DNA from: Tubulanus polymorphus
Taxonomy: Eukaryota; Animalia; Nemertea
DNA: 64,000 nucleotides
Reading direction: 5' to 3'
Assembly (NCBI RefSeq): GCF_964204645.1
Contig: NC_134034.1
Location: 12,226,962 to 12,290,961 of the forward strand
The stretch's first letter is position 1. Each line of letters opens with the position of its first letter. Made by a program: the position numbers and the translations under genes. The notes under the pieces were generated by a model that was not told where the DNA came from, made no database searches, and was given only the letters and a program-made list of their open reading frames with translations. Shown here one piece after another: positions 38,369-52,435 of the stretch.

Positions 38369-40665
38369 TAGCGCTTTGAGTGCGTGGCCGCTAGGCTGTA
38401 AGAGACAGGTTAGAATTTATTTTTACTTTTATTTACTTGAACTTGAACTAGGAGAAAATTACTATTTCCTATTTTTTCATTGCTATATTGTGGCCCCCTC
38501 TACCCTTACAAGATTGAAGATACATTTTTTTCTGAAACTTTGTATTTTCTACTCATCCCTGTAAACTTCTTTCAGTCTCTCTCTCTTTTAACGTAAAGAG
38601 AACTACTTGTATCGTTGTATTTATTCTACACCCGGTAAACAAATCTTCTTCAATCCAGTGATTCTCACTCCCTCTCTCTTCTCCCCCTCCCTCCATCTAT
38701 CTAAGTATAATCTCCCCAACCCTCGCTCTCTCCCCTCAGTCCACCGATCCATTTCTCAGCGCATCTTACCGATCGTCAGCCGGCAGTAAAGCGCGCTGCA
38801 CTGGTGAGACTCGGCGGTTCTTAACGACTAATTTAGCAGAAAGCACCATAAATTACCCTTTGTTATGCGTTGACCACCGCAGGGACCTCTGACAGCGAGC
38901 TTGTACTGGACCTAGTCTCACAGCTCACTTATACACGACCCGAGCTGCTGTATATGTGTATATATATTTATTTATTGTATTATCGTGTTGGGAGGATGAT
39001 AATCAGTGAAATCGCACCGGGCGGCGACAAAAATTATCAGCTCGCAAAATATCGGTGAGGATATCGTCATCTTCAACGAGTTTTTATATGAAGTCCGGAT
39101 GTAGAACGTGCGACTGTCACGCACACGCACACGCACGCACTGGCGCGGTAATAAAAATCAGCACGATCAGACGGAGTGCGGTGAGCTAAAGCCAGTTCCT
39201 CGCCCCCTCCAGATACAGTTGTACCAGATATTAATTGTTAGAGTTCCTAGAACACTCAGTGCCCATGGATCCATTTACACAGTACGTGTGGTTTTAATTT
39301 GACTCTGGACCCATCCTCGCTTGCCAGGGGTCCGGGATTACTCCCATACTCGCTTCACCAGCCCCCTGGCCTCACGAAGCGTGAATTCATAACGGGCGCT
39401 GTTGCGCATGACGTCATATATCGATTTGCGAAATACTTCCTTGTTCGGTAAAACGTTCGCTGATTGGTCCATGTAACGGGAAAAACAACAGAGGTCTTAT
39501 GTCGTTCGTTACAAGCGCTGTGATTGGTACGGTCGGATTCTGGTCGGCTAGTAACGACTCCAACGACTCGTGAGGTCAAGGGGTTCGGGGAACAGCTTTA
39601 TCGTAGTGGGTTCGAATCCCTTGACGGGTGAAGATGCTCTGGACCCACCAGCACAGCTGTGCGGATTTATCTACAGTTGTGTGGGTTTAATTTGCCTCAC
39701 AGGTGGTTCCACAGTTTTGTGGGTTCGGTTTGATACCGGTTCCATTTTCACAGCTTTCCGCAGGGTTTAGTCTCCACTGTGGGCTCAGCTCCATGACATT
39801 TACTGTGTGTTCAAAACGAGACAATTGAATTATATCAGGGTAAATTGGTAATCTGAGCAGTTCATTTTCAATCGCGAATCATCTCCTACTCGCTCCTCAA
39901 ATATTAATAATCACCCAGATGCGTTTAATTCATCATGACTTGGGGCTGAAAATCTCCGAGATTCGAAAAATCGAACCGAAAACTAATTATCAAATCGGTA
40001 ATTACGTATCTACGCGACGTCTCTCGGGCGGCCGCGATTGTTAACGAACGAGCCAATGAGCGTCGAAATAGACGACGGAAATCGCTATTCGGTTTCGCTC
40101 GGAGCCGTTCGGAAACGCGCAGACGACGAACGAGAATGGCTGTATTTACGCGACTTCCGCCGCCAAATGACAACGAAAATCATAGCTTTAAGCTGCCTAT
40201 TAAATTCGACGTTGAGTTCAGTAGCAGTATTTATTTTGTCAGTACTATACGCCGAGACTCTCTACTCTCACGGCGCAGTAGTTAGAGGCGTTATTCGAAG
40301 GCGAAATGTGTAATTTTAAAAACAGAATTTTCACAAGCACTGCAAACCGCCTCCCATAGATGAACTGGAAATTGGTCTCATGCACGATACCTTTACAAAT
40401 GTTTATCATCAATATTCCGAGCGCTGCGCGTATGAATGAAACCGTCATTTGCAGTTTACAGTGGACTCCAAGCCGTTATTTTCTATTTTCGGCTTGACTG
40501 CGAAGACTGTTATATAATCCAATTGTCAGAAAAATATGTATTTTGCAGTAACTCTTTGTTATTATATGGAAATATGCATCTTTTCCACGAGACTGATACA
40601 CTGTTATTGGCCTGAGAAAAACAGTAACCGGTAATACTTCGGCGATCACTTTTATTCATCCTAGA

Positions 40666-41010
40666 GTGGAACTGGGTCCGGGGTCAGATTAAACCCACAA
40701 ATCTGTGGAACTGGATTCAGAGTTATGCTAGACCCACACTTACTGTGGAACTGGATCCAGAGACAAATTAAACCCACACAACTGTGAAACTGGGTCTAGA
40801 GACAAATTAAACCCATACAACTGTGGAACTGGATCCACAGACATATTAAACCCACACAACTGTGGAACTGGATCCAGAGACAAATTAAACCCATACAACT
40901 GTGGAACTGGGTTAAGAGACAAATTAAATCCATACAACTGTGGAACTGGGTCTAGAGACAAATTAAACCAATACAACTGTGGAACTGTGTCCAGCGGACT
41001 CGGTTCCACA
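40666..41010 (+). repeat. Array of the dispersed 39-bp repeat
   Basis: aactgtggaactggatccagagacaaattaaacccatac units. Confidence 0.9.
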
Positions 41011-41970
41011 GTGCAATGAATGTTCTCAATACAGTTAAACATGTATTCCAAGAGTTTGCTGTAATTACAATAGAACTTAACTAAAGAAGAGTAGAACTGA
41101 ATATGTTTTATTATACAACGACGAGTGAGTTGTCGGTGGTAGAAATCTCGTATAGAATCGTCGTAAAGCTTTAGGGAATTGAATAGTTGAATAGTTTGTG
41201 GCCGCTACACGCTGGCGTCCTCGGCGACAATTTACATAGAATCATCGGATACTACTATCACTCACTCAACAGTTCCACCATGTTTTATTCATCTCGTCTG
41301 ACGGTATTTTTTCGCTCACACATATCCCCACAGGCCTAACCGATGATGTCCAGAGAACGCGCGCTATATGGCGAGCGGGGAGAGCGGGAAATCGCGGAAT
41401 CGTCGGCATTTTTCTTTTTAACAATCCGAACTCTTTTTTCCCGATCCTTCTCGTGTTTAAATCGAGAAGGCCGGTTAGTTGCATAGTCATGGCTTTGATC
41501 CAAGACCAGCCTAGATAGCCACTTAACCATTTAACAACTTATGACCTTAAGTTCTATAACCAACAACCAGCCTTAACTCATTATTGTTGTATCGTTACTT
41601 TATGACTTAAATCACAACTGTAGTCCCCTGAGTGATAAGATTGAACCTGGAAATCATTCACACTGTGTGAATATCTACTTCTTTCAGCTTCTTTGTGAAC
41701 TCAATATATATATTTGAGTAATTATTGGGACTGATGGATGTTGTCGGTGAATGGACACGGCGCACTACTGAGGTGTCGTGTAGTTGTAGAGAGTATCAGT
41801 CTCCGCTGTCGCTGAATCGATGAATAGTGAATGATTCTAATAGATAATGATAACCCGGTATCTTTTTACCCCCTTCGTATCTTGTATCTACAGCGATGTG
41901 AGTCGATTATGAAGAGTCCACCGTCGCCGTGCGTGCCCACTGTGTGTCAGTATGCAAAGCGAGAGACGAC

Positions 41971-42337
41971 AGAGAGAAGAGAGGAGAGAGGAGAGAGGAG
42001 AGAGGAGAGAGGAGAGAGGAGAGAGGAGAGGAGAGAGGAGAGAGGAGAGAGGAGAGAGAGGAGAGAGGAGAGAGGAGAGAGGAGAGAGGAGAGAGGAGAG
42101 AGGAGAGAGAGAGAGAGAGAGGAGAGAGGAGAGAGGAGAGAGGAGAGAGGAGAGAGGGAGAGGGGAGAGGGGAGAGGGAGAGGGGAGAGGGGAGAGGGGA
42201 GAGGGGAGAGGGGAGAGGGAGAGGGGAGAGGGGAGAGGGGAGAGGGGAGAGGGGAGAGGGAGAGATGAAAGAGGGGAGAGGGGAGAGGGGAGAGGGGAGA
42301 GGGGAGAGGGGAGAGGGGAGAGAGGGAGAGGGAGGGA
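41971..42337. repeat. (GAGAGAG)n / (GAGAGGG)n purine-rich repeat
   Basis: 7-bp units grading from gagagag to gagaggg. Confidence 0.95.
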
Positions 42338-44015
42338 TATCGTTAAAAGCTATGATAGAAATTCTCGTTCACCTATCACCACATTCTGAAAATACGAACC
42401 CTGGATTTATATCGGGCATCAATCATTTCGTTTGCGGAGTCGTAGTCGTTAGTTAGTTTTGGACGGCAGTACAATTCATTCCGGTTGCAGCGATGTGTCA
42501 CTGAAGGTCGTTGCGACTCTAATTGCCTGCTCCGCGCAATTGTAAAATACCGCGAAAAGATTCATGATTTTTTTTCCTGTCAGTGATAGTATTGTTGTAC
42601 TGTACACGAGACGAGATCGAAAATCATATTATTTGCTCTCGGGATGTTTCTGTTTGAATAGCGAAGGCTTCATTTGGGTCCGAACAAGTATCAGCTATTC
42701 GCGTTCGGTCGTCAATCAGCGATATTTATGGAGGCAAGATAAAGACATAAAGCATTTTTCATCAGAAAAGCAAAGACATCGCAACGAATTGGCCATCCTC
42801 TCGTTCGCCTGGAGCGGACTGGGAGTAGCCCCCGCGTAATTCACTCCCTTAAAACGGGTTCGCCTAGAACACACTGGGCCGACGCTGAATGCTATACACT
42901 GCCCCCTAGCGAAAGCGTGGAAAGGAAGTGGGTAATTTGGCAACGACGAAAATCTTTTTTAAGAATCCATAGCAAAATTTTCATCGCTATCTTCCTAAAC
43001 CCGCGACCGACTCGAGTCCGGGTGATCTCTCACAGATTCAGTACTGTCAAATATCCGTAAACAACTACTATCAATATGTAAATATCTGAGAAGGCTTCCC
43101 TCCTGACACGGTCATAATTTGTTGATGTTTTTTCTTTTTGATTCCCTCAACCCACTAAGCGCCCACGCAGGGCATTGTAAGCGGGTTCGATGTTTCCTTT
43201 TCCCATTGGGAGAGACCAGAGAAGAACCTTCGACCAATAAACTCTGTCGCCACCAGGCTTTGCATAAATCAGGTTTGCATAAACCGGCGTCTTTATCCGA
43301 GCGTAAACCTAAACGGTTTGCGTTAACCGACTAAACCGGTTTACGAGCGGTTTGCAACATCCAACTGACTTATCAACATGGCCGAATAAGGAAATTTCCG
43401 CGGTCATCTGACTCAAGCTGACTTTTCGTTCTGTCGCATTTGTATCGCTCAACGGCAAACCGGTTTGTAACGCAACAATCCGATTTCAAACAAATGCGCC
43501 TCTGGATTGACGCGACCACGCGGCCACTGCGTCTTTCTACTAATCTCTACTAACTACTCTAATAGTTTAGGGTAATCGTTAGATTCCCACTACGTTTTTA
43601 ATAATCACAGTCGATGTTGAAAATGAAAGAGTAGAAAAAGATCTCTGACGGGGTAGAGAATTTTAGAGTTTGTTTTTCATTAATCAAAATAAGCTCTTAA
43701 GTTTCACCCTGACTCTTTAATCATCTGTAGTCATTCATTGAGCTATAGCTTTACACGACTGGATTATAGAAACGCGGCGTGAGATTGAGTACTGAAGGGA
43801 GGTGACTCTCTGCTTGAATGTGTAAGCTGGGTGTGGTGGGATAACCTACGACCCGATATCATTTAAAACAAATCCCCTCGAGAGAATGGAACGTCAACCG
43901 TCAACCGACACAGCACCGCGCTCTGTCGCTCTACAGGTATTCCGGGGGTACTCGGGCTGCAGGTAGGCATGGCTCACATTTACGCGATTGAACGCTGCTA
44001 TTCTACTTTCCTTTG

Positions 44016-44255
44016 CACAGGGTTTGAACCTGATGACATCGTGAGACTCGTCACAGCACAAACCCCTGTCCTAGTAGACACATCCTCCCTCACAGGGATT
44101 TGAACCTGATGACATCGTGAGACTCCATTACAGTTCAAACCCCTGTCCTAGTAGACACATCCTCCCTTACAGGGATTTGAACCTGATGACATCATGACAC
44201 TCTGTCACATCACAAACCCCTGTCCTATTAGACACATCCTCCCTCACTGGGGTTT
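44016..44255. repeat. ~76-bp tandem repeat, 3 copies
   Basis: cagggatttgaacctgatgacatcgtgagactc...aaacccctgtcctagtagacacatcctccc. Confidence 0.9.
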
Positions 44256-46003
44256 GGATTGTGCCCACTGAACTGATGTACTGCCCATGTTATTCTAGCG
44301 GATCTTACAGATTCTTAGAGCCTGAAATGTGCTAAGGAACGAAGCGGAGACTGAAGCTCATTTCGTGCCATTTCAAAAAATATGTCCGATCACAGCGGTG
44401 GAGAGGGAGAAATATGGATGTCAATTATCTGAATTGATATGAACGTCACGACACACACTCTCGTGTCGGAGTTACTGAGCAGTGCGGCGTGAGACCCTTC
44501 AGAGAGGTTTGTAATAACGAGATAACTAAAAAACCGAACAAAATAAATACTGGTGGTTAGCCACAGTTTGTATACGCATGAGAATATCGCCAAAACTTCA
44601 TATCATCTAATTATAGACAGCACAGCGACCTGGCTGCGGAGTCAACCCAAAACCATCGTTTCACTGGCAAATTAAGAACGAATTGAACTGGATTGGTTCG
44701 AACCCCCGATACCCACCGCCCCCAACCCCCTCGCGCCACGGGCCTACGACGGTTATAAATCCTATAAATCTCATTGAAAAAAAATTACATTATATTATAC
44801 AATACTGCGAAAAACAGCAGCAGGCTCCATGAGCTCCCTGTGGAATCCCAAATTATTCGATGAATTGAAGTCTAATCTTTTGTCGTGTCAACAAAAATCG
44901 TCAGAACCATAATATCGTAGCACTACTGAATCATTGGCACTAATATTATCAGCATCCCCTGGCGAAACAATGCTGGTCGCTTCCATAAAATACCCGCGTA
45001 CTACACGCGCGAATTGATGACGTCATTGGGGGGATGTATACGTTGTTGAATTTTATGAATACTTCGTTTTGAGTATGGACGCTTTCGGGCAATTCAGAAA
45101 TAACGATTGGTAAATCGAACCGAGATCCGAGACTTTCGCGCAGCATTCGAAGCAATTGTGTTCATTTTGAGTTACTTTCAGCTCAATGTCAACTTCGGAC
45201 AGCGGAACTTCAAAATCTCTTTTTCATTAAAAAAAAAATCTTAATTTTCGTGATAAGTCATAACTCAGAAATTAAAGTGGAGTTTTAGATAAGCTTAGCT
45301 AACCTGCAAATGTCAAATCGGTAAACACAATAGTACTTAGAAAAATAACTTGATTTTGTTCAATTTTTCATTCTTTTACCTGACGAAGCTTGCACTTGTA
45401 GCGAAAGCATTCGTGTTAACCAAACAAAGTACTGAACAATCTCCACGTTTATAAAAACCCAAGAAAATAATAAACCCAAACTATATCTTACCTTCTGCGT
45501 TGGGGGTTTATAGCGAAATCATATCTAAATCCGCGAAGGAATAAAAGTCCTGGTCGACGAGAAAGACGCGATTTGATCGTTGCGGAGAGAGACTGCAGAG
45601 AGCAGACGATAGCAGCGACGAGATTTGAATATAATGTTTGATCAGGCGCGGAGAGCGGTTGGTTGACTCTCTCTCTCTCACGTCATATCAGTACCTGCCG
45701 CCGCACCAGCGACTTATTAACGATATTAATACTAAATTCACGATAGCAGTCTTATTTCGAATTCATTGTAAACAGTGGTGTCAACGACCCATCATTATTT
45801 TCTAAAATTTCGTGGAAATATTGATTCTGAATGTTCAAACGAGGTAGCGTACACACATAAAATCATGCCAACCTGAACTAAACTCACGTCTAAGAAGTGC
45901 TTCATATATATTCTAAACCCTCAATATATTCTAAAATGCTTTGCTGTCACGCCTATTGATCTGTGCAAATCCTGTATTCATATTCTGAATAATAATTATT
46001 ATT

Positions 46004-46093
46004 TGTACGATGTAAGCAGGGGGGATAAACCCACAGAAATAAACAATTATTGTTAATTTCTATGGGTTTATCCCCCTGCTGCTTACACTGTAC
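46004..46093. other. Near-perfect ~90-nt palindrome/hairpin
   Basis: gtaagcaggggggataaacccacagaaataaacaat pairs with attgttaatttctatgggtttatccccctgctgcttac. Confidence 0.85.
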
Positions 46094-46557
46094 CCGGTGA
46101 GGCTGACTAAGCGATCGTGTTGGATTATATCATTTTTCAAAATGCGCATTGATGTTATACATCGTTGTGATTTAGTTGTAGTCTTATCGTTTATTCAACT
46201 ACCCTTTGCCAAAAGTCGAATTTATTTCATATGAAGTCATTCCTTGTAGAATAGAAGGGTGAGCCATGAGGTGCTGCACTCGAGTGAAGGCCCGTGATCC
46301 ATTGACCCCCTGAAAAGATGAACATTGCAAACTCGAAGACAACAGCGATGGCGACCACGATGACCGCAGACAAATTTACAATTTCTGAAAATCGTTATTA
46401 GAGCCTTTGATGAAACACTGCGTCATCGCCAGGAATACTACGATAAGATGATTACATTCCCGAAGATGACTATAACTATTGTCGAATGATAACCAAAATT
46501 TGCTCGAGGAAATATTTCGGTCTTGTTTTTTATTTTTATCGTTTATATCGCGCCATC

Positions 46558-46625
46558 AGAGCTCAGTGGTCTAGTATGGTTAGTGCGCTGGCCTGCCAAG
46601 CCGTCAGGTTCGAGGTAATTGGGTT
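46558..46625 (+). mobile_element. tRNA-like SINE head / tRNA pseudogene fragment
   Basis: gctcagtggtctagtatggttagtgcgctggcctgccaagcc...ggttcgag has A-box, anticodon-arm-like and B-box-like segments but no acceptor stem closure. Confidence 0.4.
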
Positions 46626-48045
46626 TGCAGCTCAATAAAGATCGCTTAAAAAAAATATTTTTTGTCTTTTATCTGTCTCGCCCAGTTGGTTGAAAATATA
46701 TTCCCACGTCGCTACGAAATTTCAAATTTCCAGGCTATGTACGGCGTAAAAATGCCACAGTGAACCACCAGCGCCCGCGAACTCTTCACGCGCAGTCTCC
46801 GCGCGAGATAAAATCAGACGGCGGCGTCGATTCTCGATTAAAACGATTACAGGCGAAATGACGATTTCTCCTCGTCGCTTGAGCCGCAATTAAACAAATA
46901 AAAACACACAACAACCAGACGTGGTCGAGGTAATCATATACATATATAGATCACACGGCTTCTGCACTGACAATCACTGACAATCACTGACAATCATATT
47001 GATGTGATAGTGAGAGTTCGACTGAGCAATGTGTCCTTTGTTTTCAATTTACAAAATCTCGCTTTTGAATTCTGACATTTGTACAAAGTGAGCTTTCATG
47101 ATTTTAATGATTTATTTTCTTGTTAAAACATTATAAACATAAGTTCTTTGGATACATTTTCATAAATAATAGGTACGAGGTATCTATTCTCCACACGTTT
47201 GGCTTTGCTATTGCTTATCCATTCATCTTACACTTAAGAATTCGCACACCATGCATCAGTTAAATGCACTAACCACTTGTACTAGAATGAACAGCCGCCT
47301 ATATTAAACAGTTAAATCCCTTTAGCCACATTTCGATTATTGGCGATGCAATTACCGAATATTGTAAACTTATTGTCTAAATCCCGATCGTATAATACGT
47401 ATATACTTTTGAACAACCTCCGATTCAGGCTATGCTGTAGCCTTTCTGGGCGCCGGAAAAAAACGTAGGATTCGAACCCTCGCAAGCAATTTTAATCTTC
47501 AACACCAAAAAAAACTTAGGATTCGAACCCTTTGCGAGGTCCACTTCTCTTGGACGCTGTATACAGTCAACCCAACCATTTATCTTGGACACCAAAAACT
47601 TAGGGTTCGAACCCTCGCAAAGCCCATTTCTCTTGGACGCTATATACAGTGAACTACTATTGCCGTGATGTGCGGTGAGTCCCGCACCTTCCTTTCTTCT
47701 ACATGAAATTTCTTTCTGCAGTCGCATTTATTTTCCGTTGTTCCCAATTAGTCACTCTCCCTCATTGCACTCCTCATTGCACTGGCAGTCGATCGTAATT
47801 CAATGAAAAACGCATCAGCGCCGACCGGCAATTACCGAACTATCAACAAACAACAGTAGATTCAATTTACCCCCAGCGCAAGCAGATTCAACAAGAGAAA
47901 GAAAAACAAATTTCTCCGGTGTTTGAACCATTCACAAGAGACCTTTATAAACTATACAAAAATCACGATTCATTATAGACTCGATCAAAGGTGGAAAATC
48001 GGAATCTGTAGAATCGGATTCCAGTGTAAAATGAAGCCGCCATGA

Positions 48046-48830
48046 AACTGTGGAACTGGATTCAGAGTGAAATTAGGCCAATACAATTGTGGAACTGGAT
48101 CCACAGTCAAATTAAACCCACACAACTGTGGAACTGGGTTCAGAGTCAAATTAAACCACACAACCGTGGAACTGGGTTCAGAGTCAAATTAAACCCACAC
48201 AACTGTGGAACTGGGTTCAGAGTCAAATTAAACCCACACAACTGTGGAACTGGGTTCTGAGTCAAATTAAACCCACACAACTGTGGAACTGTGTTCAGAG
48301 TCAAATTAAACCCACACAACTGTGGAACTGGGTTCAGAGTCAAATTAAACCCACACAACTGTGGAACTGGGTTCAGAGTCAAATTAAACCCACACAACTG
48401 TGGAACTGGGTTCAGAGTCAAATTAAACCCACACAACTGTAGAATCTGACCCAGAGTCAAATTAAACCCATATACAAGTGTGGTCCAGAGTCATATCAAA
48501 CCTATACAACTGTGGAACTGGATCTAGAGTCAAATTAAACCGTCACAACTGTGGAACCGGCTTCAGGGTCAAATTAAACTCACACAACTGTGGAACTGGG
48601 TTCAGAGTCAAATTAAACCCACACAACTGTGGAACTGGGTTCAGAGTCAAATTAAACCCACACAACTGTAGAATCTGACCCAGAGTCAAATTAAACCCAT
48701 ATACAAGTGTGGTCCAGAGTCATATCAAACCTATACAACTGTGGAACTGGATCTAGAGTCAAATTAAACCGTCACAACTGTGGAACCGGCTTCAGGATCA
48801 AATTAAACTCACACAACTGTGGAACTGGAT
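48046..48830 (+). repeat. Largest array of the 39-bp repeat (~20 units)
   Basis: Unit aactgtggaactgggttcagagtcaaattaaacccacac, with an internal higher-order duplication. Confidence 0.95.
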
Positions 48831-49419
48831 AAAGAGGTAATCTTAAAATTTAAGAGGTGGAACTGAGTTAAAAAATCAAAGAAAGAAAATATACATAAAA
48901 AGCAATCAGAATGGAGGAGTAATTTGGTGAAAATTGATTTACAGAATCAAACATCTGTGAGATTGATGGTTGATGTGCATGCGTGTCAGAAGTAATGAGT
49001 CGGTGGTATACTGTTTGAGGGTCTGGTGTAGGGTTTAGGTACCTACTCGGTATTTCCGCTGTACGCGACACAGTCGAATTGGTTCGTGACCACATTTACA
49101 GAACAATCGTTCCCAAAGAGATTGAGTTTTATTGATTGATTGGCCGGCTCGTCGCCCACTTGAGAGGAGGGGGGATTCAGGATGGAGCCGGATAGCGAGT
49201 GTGAGTGGAAGGAAGTTATAAGTTGAGGGTATTTGGGCAAACGAGGTAAAGGGAAGGAGAGGTAGTCATGAGAGGGAGATTGAGAGATGGAGCGGGGTGG
49301 GGGGGGGGGGTAGGTGAGGGAGTGAGAGGAGGTAAATGGTATGAAAAATGAGAGATGAGAGATAAGCGGAAGAGAGATTGATAGATTGATGGATCTGGAT
49401 GTCAGAGAGGATGGGAGGG

Positions 49420-49856
49420 TAGGGAGGTTAGGGGAGGTAAAGAGGAGGGAGTATGAGGTGAAAATTGGAGGTTAGAGGGGTAAAAAGGAGGAGTGCGAGA
49501 AGGTGAGATGAGAGGTCAGGGAGGTTGGGGGAGTTAACGAGGAAGGAGTGTGAAAAGGTGAAATGAGAGGTCAGATCAGAGGTTAAGGGAGGTAACGAGG
49601 AGGGAGTGTGAGGTGAAATGAGAGGTCATATTACAGGTCAGGGGGTCAAGGAGGTTAGGGGAGGTAACGAAGAGGGAGTGCGTGAGGGTGAGATGAGAGG
49701 TCAGGGAGGTTAGGGGAGGTAACGAGGAGGGAGTGTGAGAAGGTCAGATAAGAGGTCAGGGAGGTTAGGGGAGGTAACGAGGAGGGAGTGTGAGAAGGTC
49801 AGATGAGAGGTCAGAGAGGTTAAGAGAGGTAACGAGGAGGTAGCGCGAGAAGGTGA
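49420..49856. repeat. Degenerate ~50-bp G/A-rich tandem repeat
   Basis: gagaggtcagggaggttaggggaggtaacgaggagggagtgtgagaagg units. Confidence 0.8.
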
Positions 49857-50320
49857 ATTGGGATTGCAAGAAACACAACAGTGTTGTTATCATCGATGAA
49901 GTTAAGTTCGTTATGATATTCATATTATGAACACGTCTGTTGCGGAGGATGTGTAGGATGAAAACGATGATGAAGATGACTAAAAGTATAGATGTTATTA
50001 TCGCTAATTGACCGCAGCAGCAGCAGCAGCAGCATCTTCACCTCCTGTCCCTCTATCTCTCGTGTCTCGTGTACATACCAAACCATCCGGCCAATAATGA
50101 GCAATGGATATTTATCGATAACTAAGACGGAAATCATGATAGTCGTTACTTAGACCTCACCCATAAATAACCATGATTATATTATCTTTTATTATCATTA
50201 TTATGATTATTATTATCATTCCATCCAAGGTCGGGAATTTGCAGCGGGGATAATCGTTGATGAGGATCATCATCAAAAATTCATAAAGACTATAAGATTT
50301 TTGCCATTATTCATATCCAG

Positions 50321-50419
50321 GGTCCGGTATGATAGACTGGTATTATCTTTAACCCGGGGGTTAACTCAATTGAAAATTAATTAAGTTATCCCCGGGTTAC
50401 CGATCTATAAAACTGACCC
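50321..50419. mobile_element. Harbinger-like MITE with CAG target duplication
   Basis: CAG|GGTCCGGTATGATAGA...TCTATAAAACTGACCC|CAG. Confidence 0.6.
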
Positions 50420-50446
50420 CAGCATCTCAACGCTCATCAAAGAATA

Positions 50447-50706
50447 TTACGATTACGATTACGATTACGATTACGATTACGATTTATTTACACTCCAACC
50501 ATTTCCATGGTATATGGAGGAAAACTATTACACATGTATATACAAATATTTACAAAACAACACTGAAGTGATTAAAATTTAGAGAATGAAAACGTAACGA
50601 AATATATATATACATACATCAACTATTTACAATACTATATATACTATTGGAGGGATCTATATACATCTAAGCCGGTCTTAATGAATTTAGCTTAGTTGAC
50701 CGTTGG
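50447..50706 (-). mobile_element. Second, shorter copy of the LINE 3' end, inverted
   Basis: Reverse complement of ~30803-31044 including the (TACGAT)n tail. Confidence 0.7.
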
Positions 50707-51696
50707 GTATTAGAAAGGGATCTGGGGCGACACCACTGAGGTCGACGTCGGACACCGGAACTATTTCGTATACTGGAACCTAAGATGTCGTATCTCCTGG
50801 CAAAGTATAAACAGTAAAAACTCGTCGTTGTAATTGAGGCGATTATCATGTTGTTGACGAATCATCCAAATGGCGATTCCTACTTAGAAAATTGAATCGG
50901 AAATTTAAATCGGGGTTCAAAATTAGAGACGCCACTACTTCCAGTAATGCAAAGACTTAGATTTGGTAAATTGAATTAGAAGTACAAATTGAGACTCAAA
51001 GATTCAGTTATGCGATTCTGATGACAATTTGTTAGCGAGTTCAACTGTAGATAAATTTCATTTTTCCATGCGAAGGACTTTTGTTCAATATCTCTGAATA
51101 GATTATAAGGGTTTACGGTAGATACAATATTGTACAAATGACGAATTAGACTTTATTAAACTGAATTGAAAATAAAAACGCTAATTGGGACTCACAAACA
51201 GTGGTGACTTCAAAAATCTGACGACTTAAAAAACGGAGACGTTTCATTCAACCCGGTGACATTCGGAGCGTGGTCGTTCTTTTTTCTTCCTTCAAATTGC
51301 AATAAAAAATGCGTGACGAAGGAGCACAAAGATATATAATGAAGACGACGATGATAGTCGATACACTTGTCAAACATATCTAGTCAATATCTCTAGCCCC
51401 GGGATTCCGCGTAGCTCGTGTGAAGACACGTCTCTACGTGGTCTACTGGGCTATTATCATTTGGCCAGTGTTTTTTTGTGTTGATACACACTGAATGTGT
51501 ACAATCGTTATATTGAATATTCTTACGTCAGACAACGTGTTTAACAAGACGCAATATCGAACATATACATCAGACGGGAAAAAAAAAACGATGGATATTC
51601 GTATATGTTACGGGGTTTTTATCAAGACACCTTCGTATTCACGGGAAGATAGATCGTAATGATAGAACGCTACTCGTCGCGACCTCCACTGAGATC

Positions 51697-51991
51697 CACA
51701 CGTTCCCCGGGCCAAATTGGCACGGATCAGGCTCGGGCAAAATTTGGCCCGTGCCTAATTAGAGAGTGCGCTCATACGCAAACCACTCACTCGATACTAA
51801 ACAATGCTCAAACAAAGCGATTTCCGGTGCCAGTTGCAAACAAAGCGAAGTGGATCATTTCCGGTGCCAGTTGCAATTCAAACGCAATCATTTGTCTGGT
51901 GCTGAAATTTGTCTCGACCTGTTCCGACGTTTTTGGTCGGGCCAAATTTGGCCCGGGCCAAACAGGCTCGAGCCGATTTGGCACCCGTGTG
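51697..51991. mobile_element. MITE-like element with imperfect inverted ends
   Basis: cacacg...gccaaattggcacgg...cgggcaaaatttggcccg mirrored by cgggccaaatttggcccg...ccgatttggcacccgtgtg. Confidence 0.5.
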
Positions 51992-52045
51992 AACAGTTGT
52001 TCCGGGGCAAATTCCGGGCAAAACGCTCGTGTGACCGCGGCTCTA

Positions 52046-52435
52046 AATTCGGGTGAAGATCGTGATAGGTGTGAGCGCTCCTCACCGCGCAGAGCGACAA
52101 TCACTGATATCCACGTACTCGGCGGGAACCCTCAATTCGGGTTAAGATCCTCCGCGGGAACCCTCAATTCGGGTCGGGTGGGGATCGTGGGAGCGCTCCT
52201 CACCGCGCATAGCGACCATCACTGAGATCCACGTACTCGGCGGGAACCCTCACTCAATTCGGGTCGAGTGAAGATCAATTCAATTCAATTCGGGTTAAGA
52301 TCCTCCGCGGGAACCCTCAATTCGGGTCGGGTGAGGATCGTGGGAGCGCTCCTCACCGCGCATAGCGACCATCACTGAGATCCACGTACTCGGCGGGAAC
52401 CCTCACTCAATTCGGGTCGGGTGAAGATTGTGATA
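52046..52435. repeat. Complex tandem repeat (gagcgctcctcaccgcgca...ccacgtactcggcgggaaccctca), 3 units
   Basis: Unit recurs near 52074, 52191 and 52344. Confidence 0.85.

Noticed and set aside
46558-46625. Functional tRNA gene
   Set aside because: The cloverleaf cannot be closed (no T-stem or acceptor-stem pairing); better explained as a SINE head or pseudogene
51659-52225. 188-aa ORF and overlapping antisense ORFs
   Set aside because: Lie over a GC-rich palindromic element and tandem repeat; no recognisable domain
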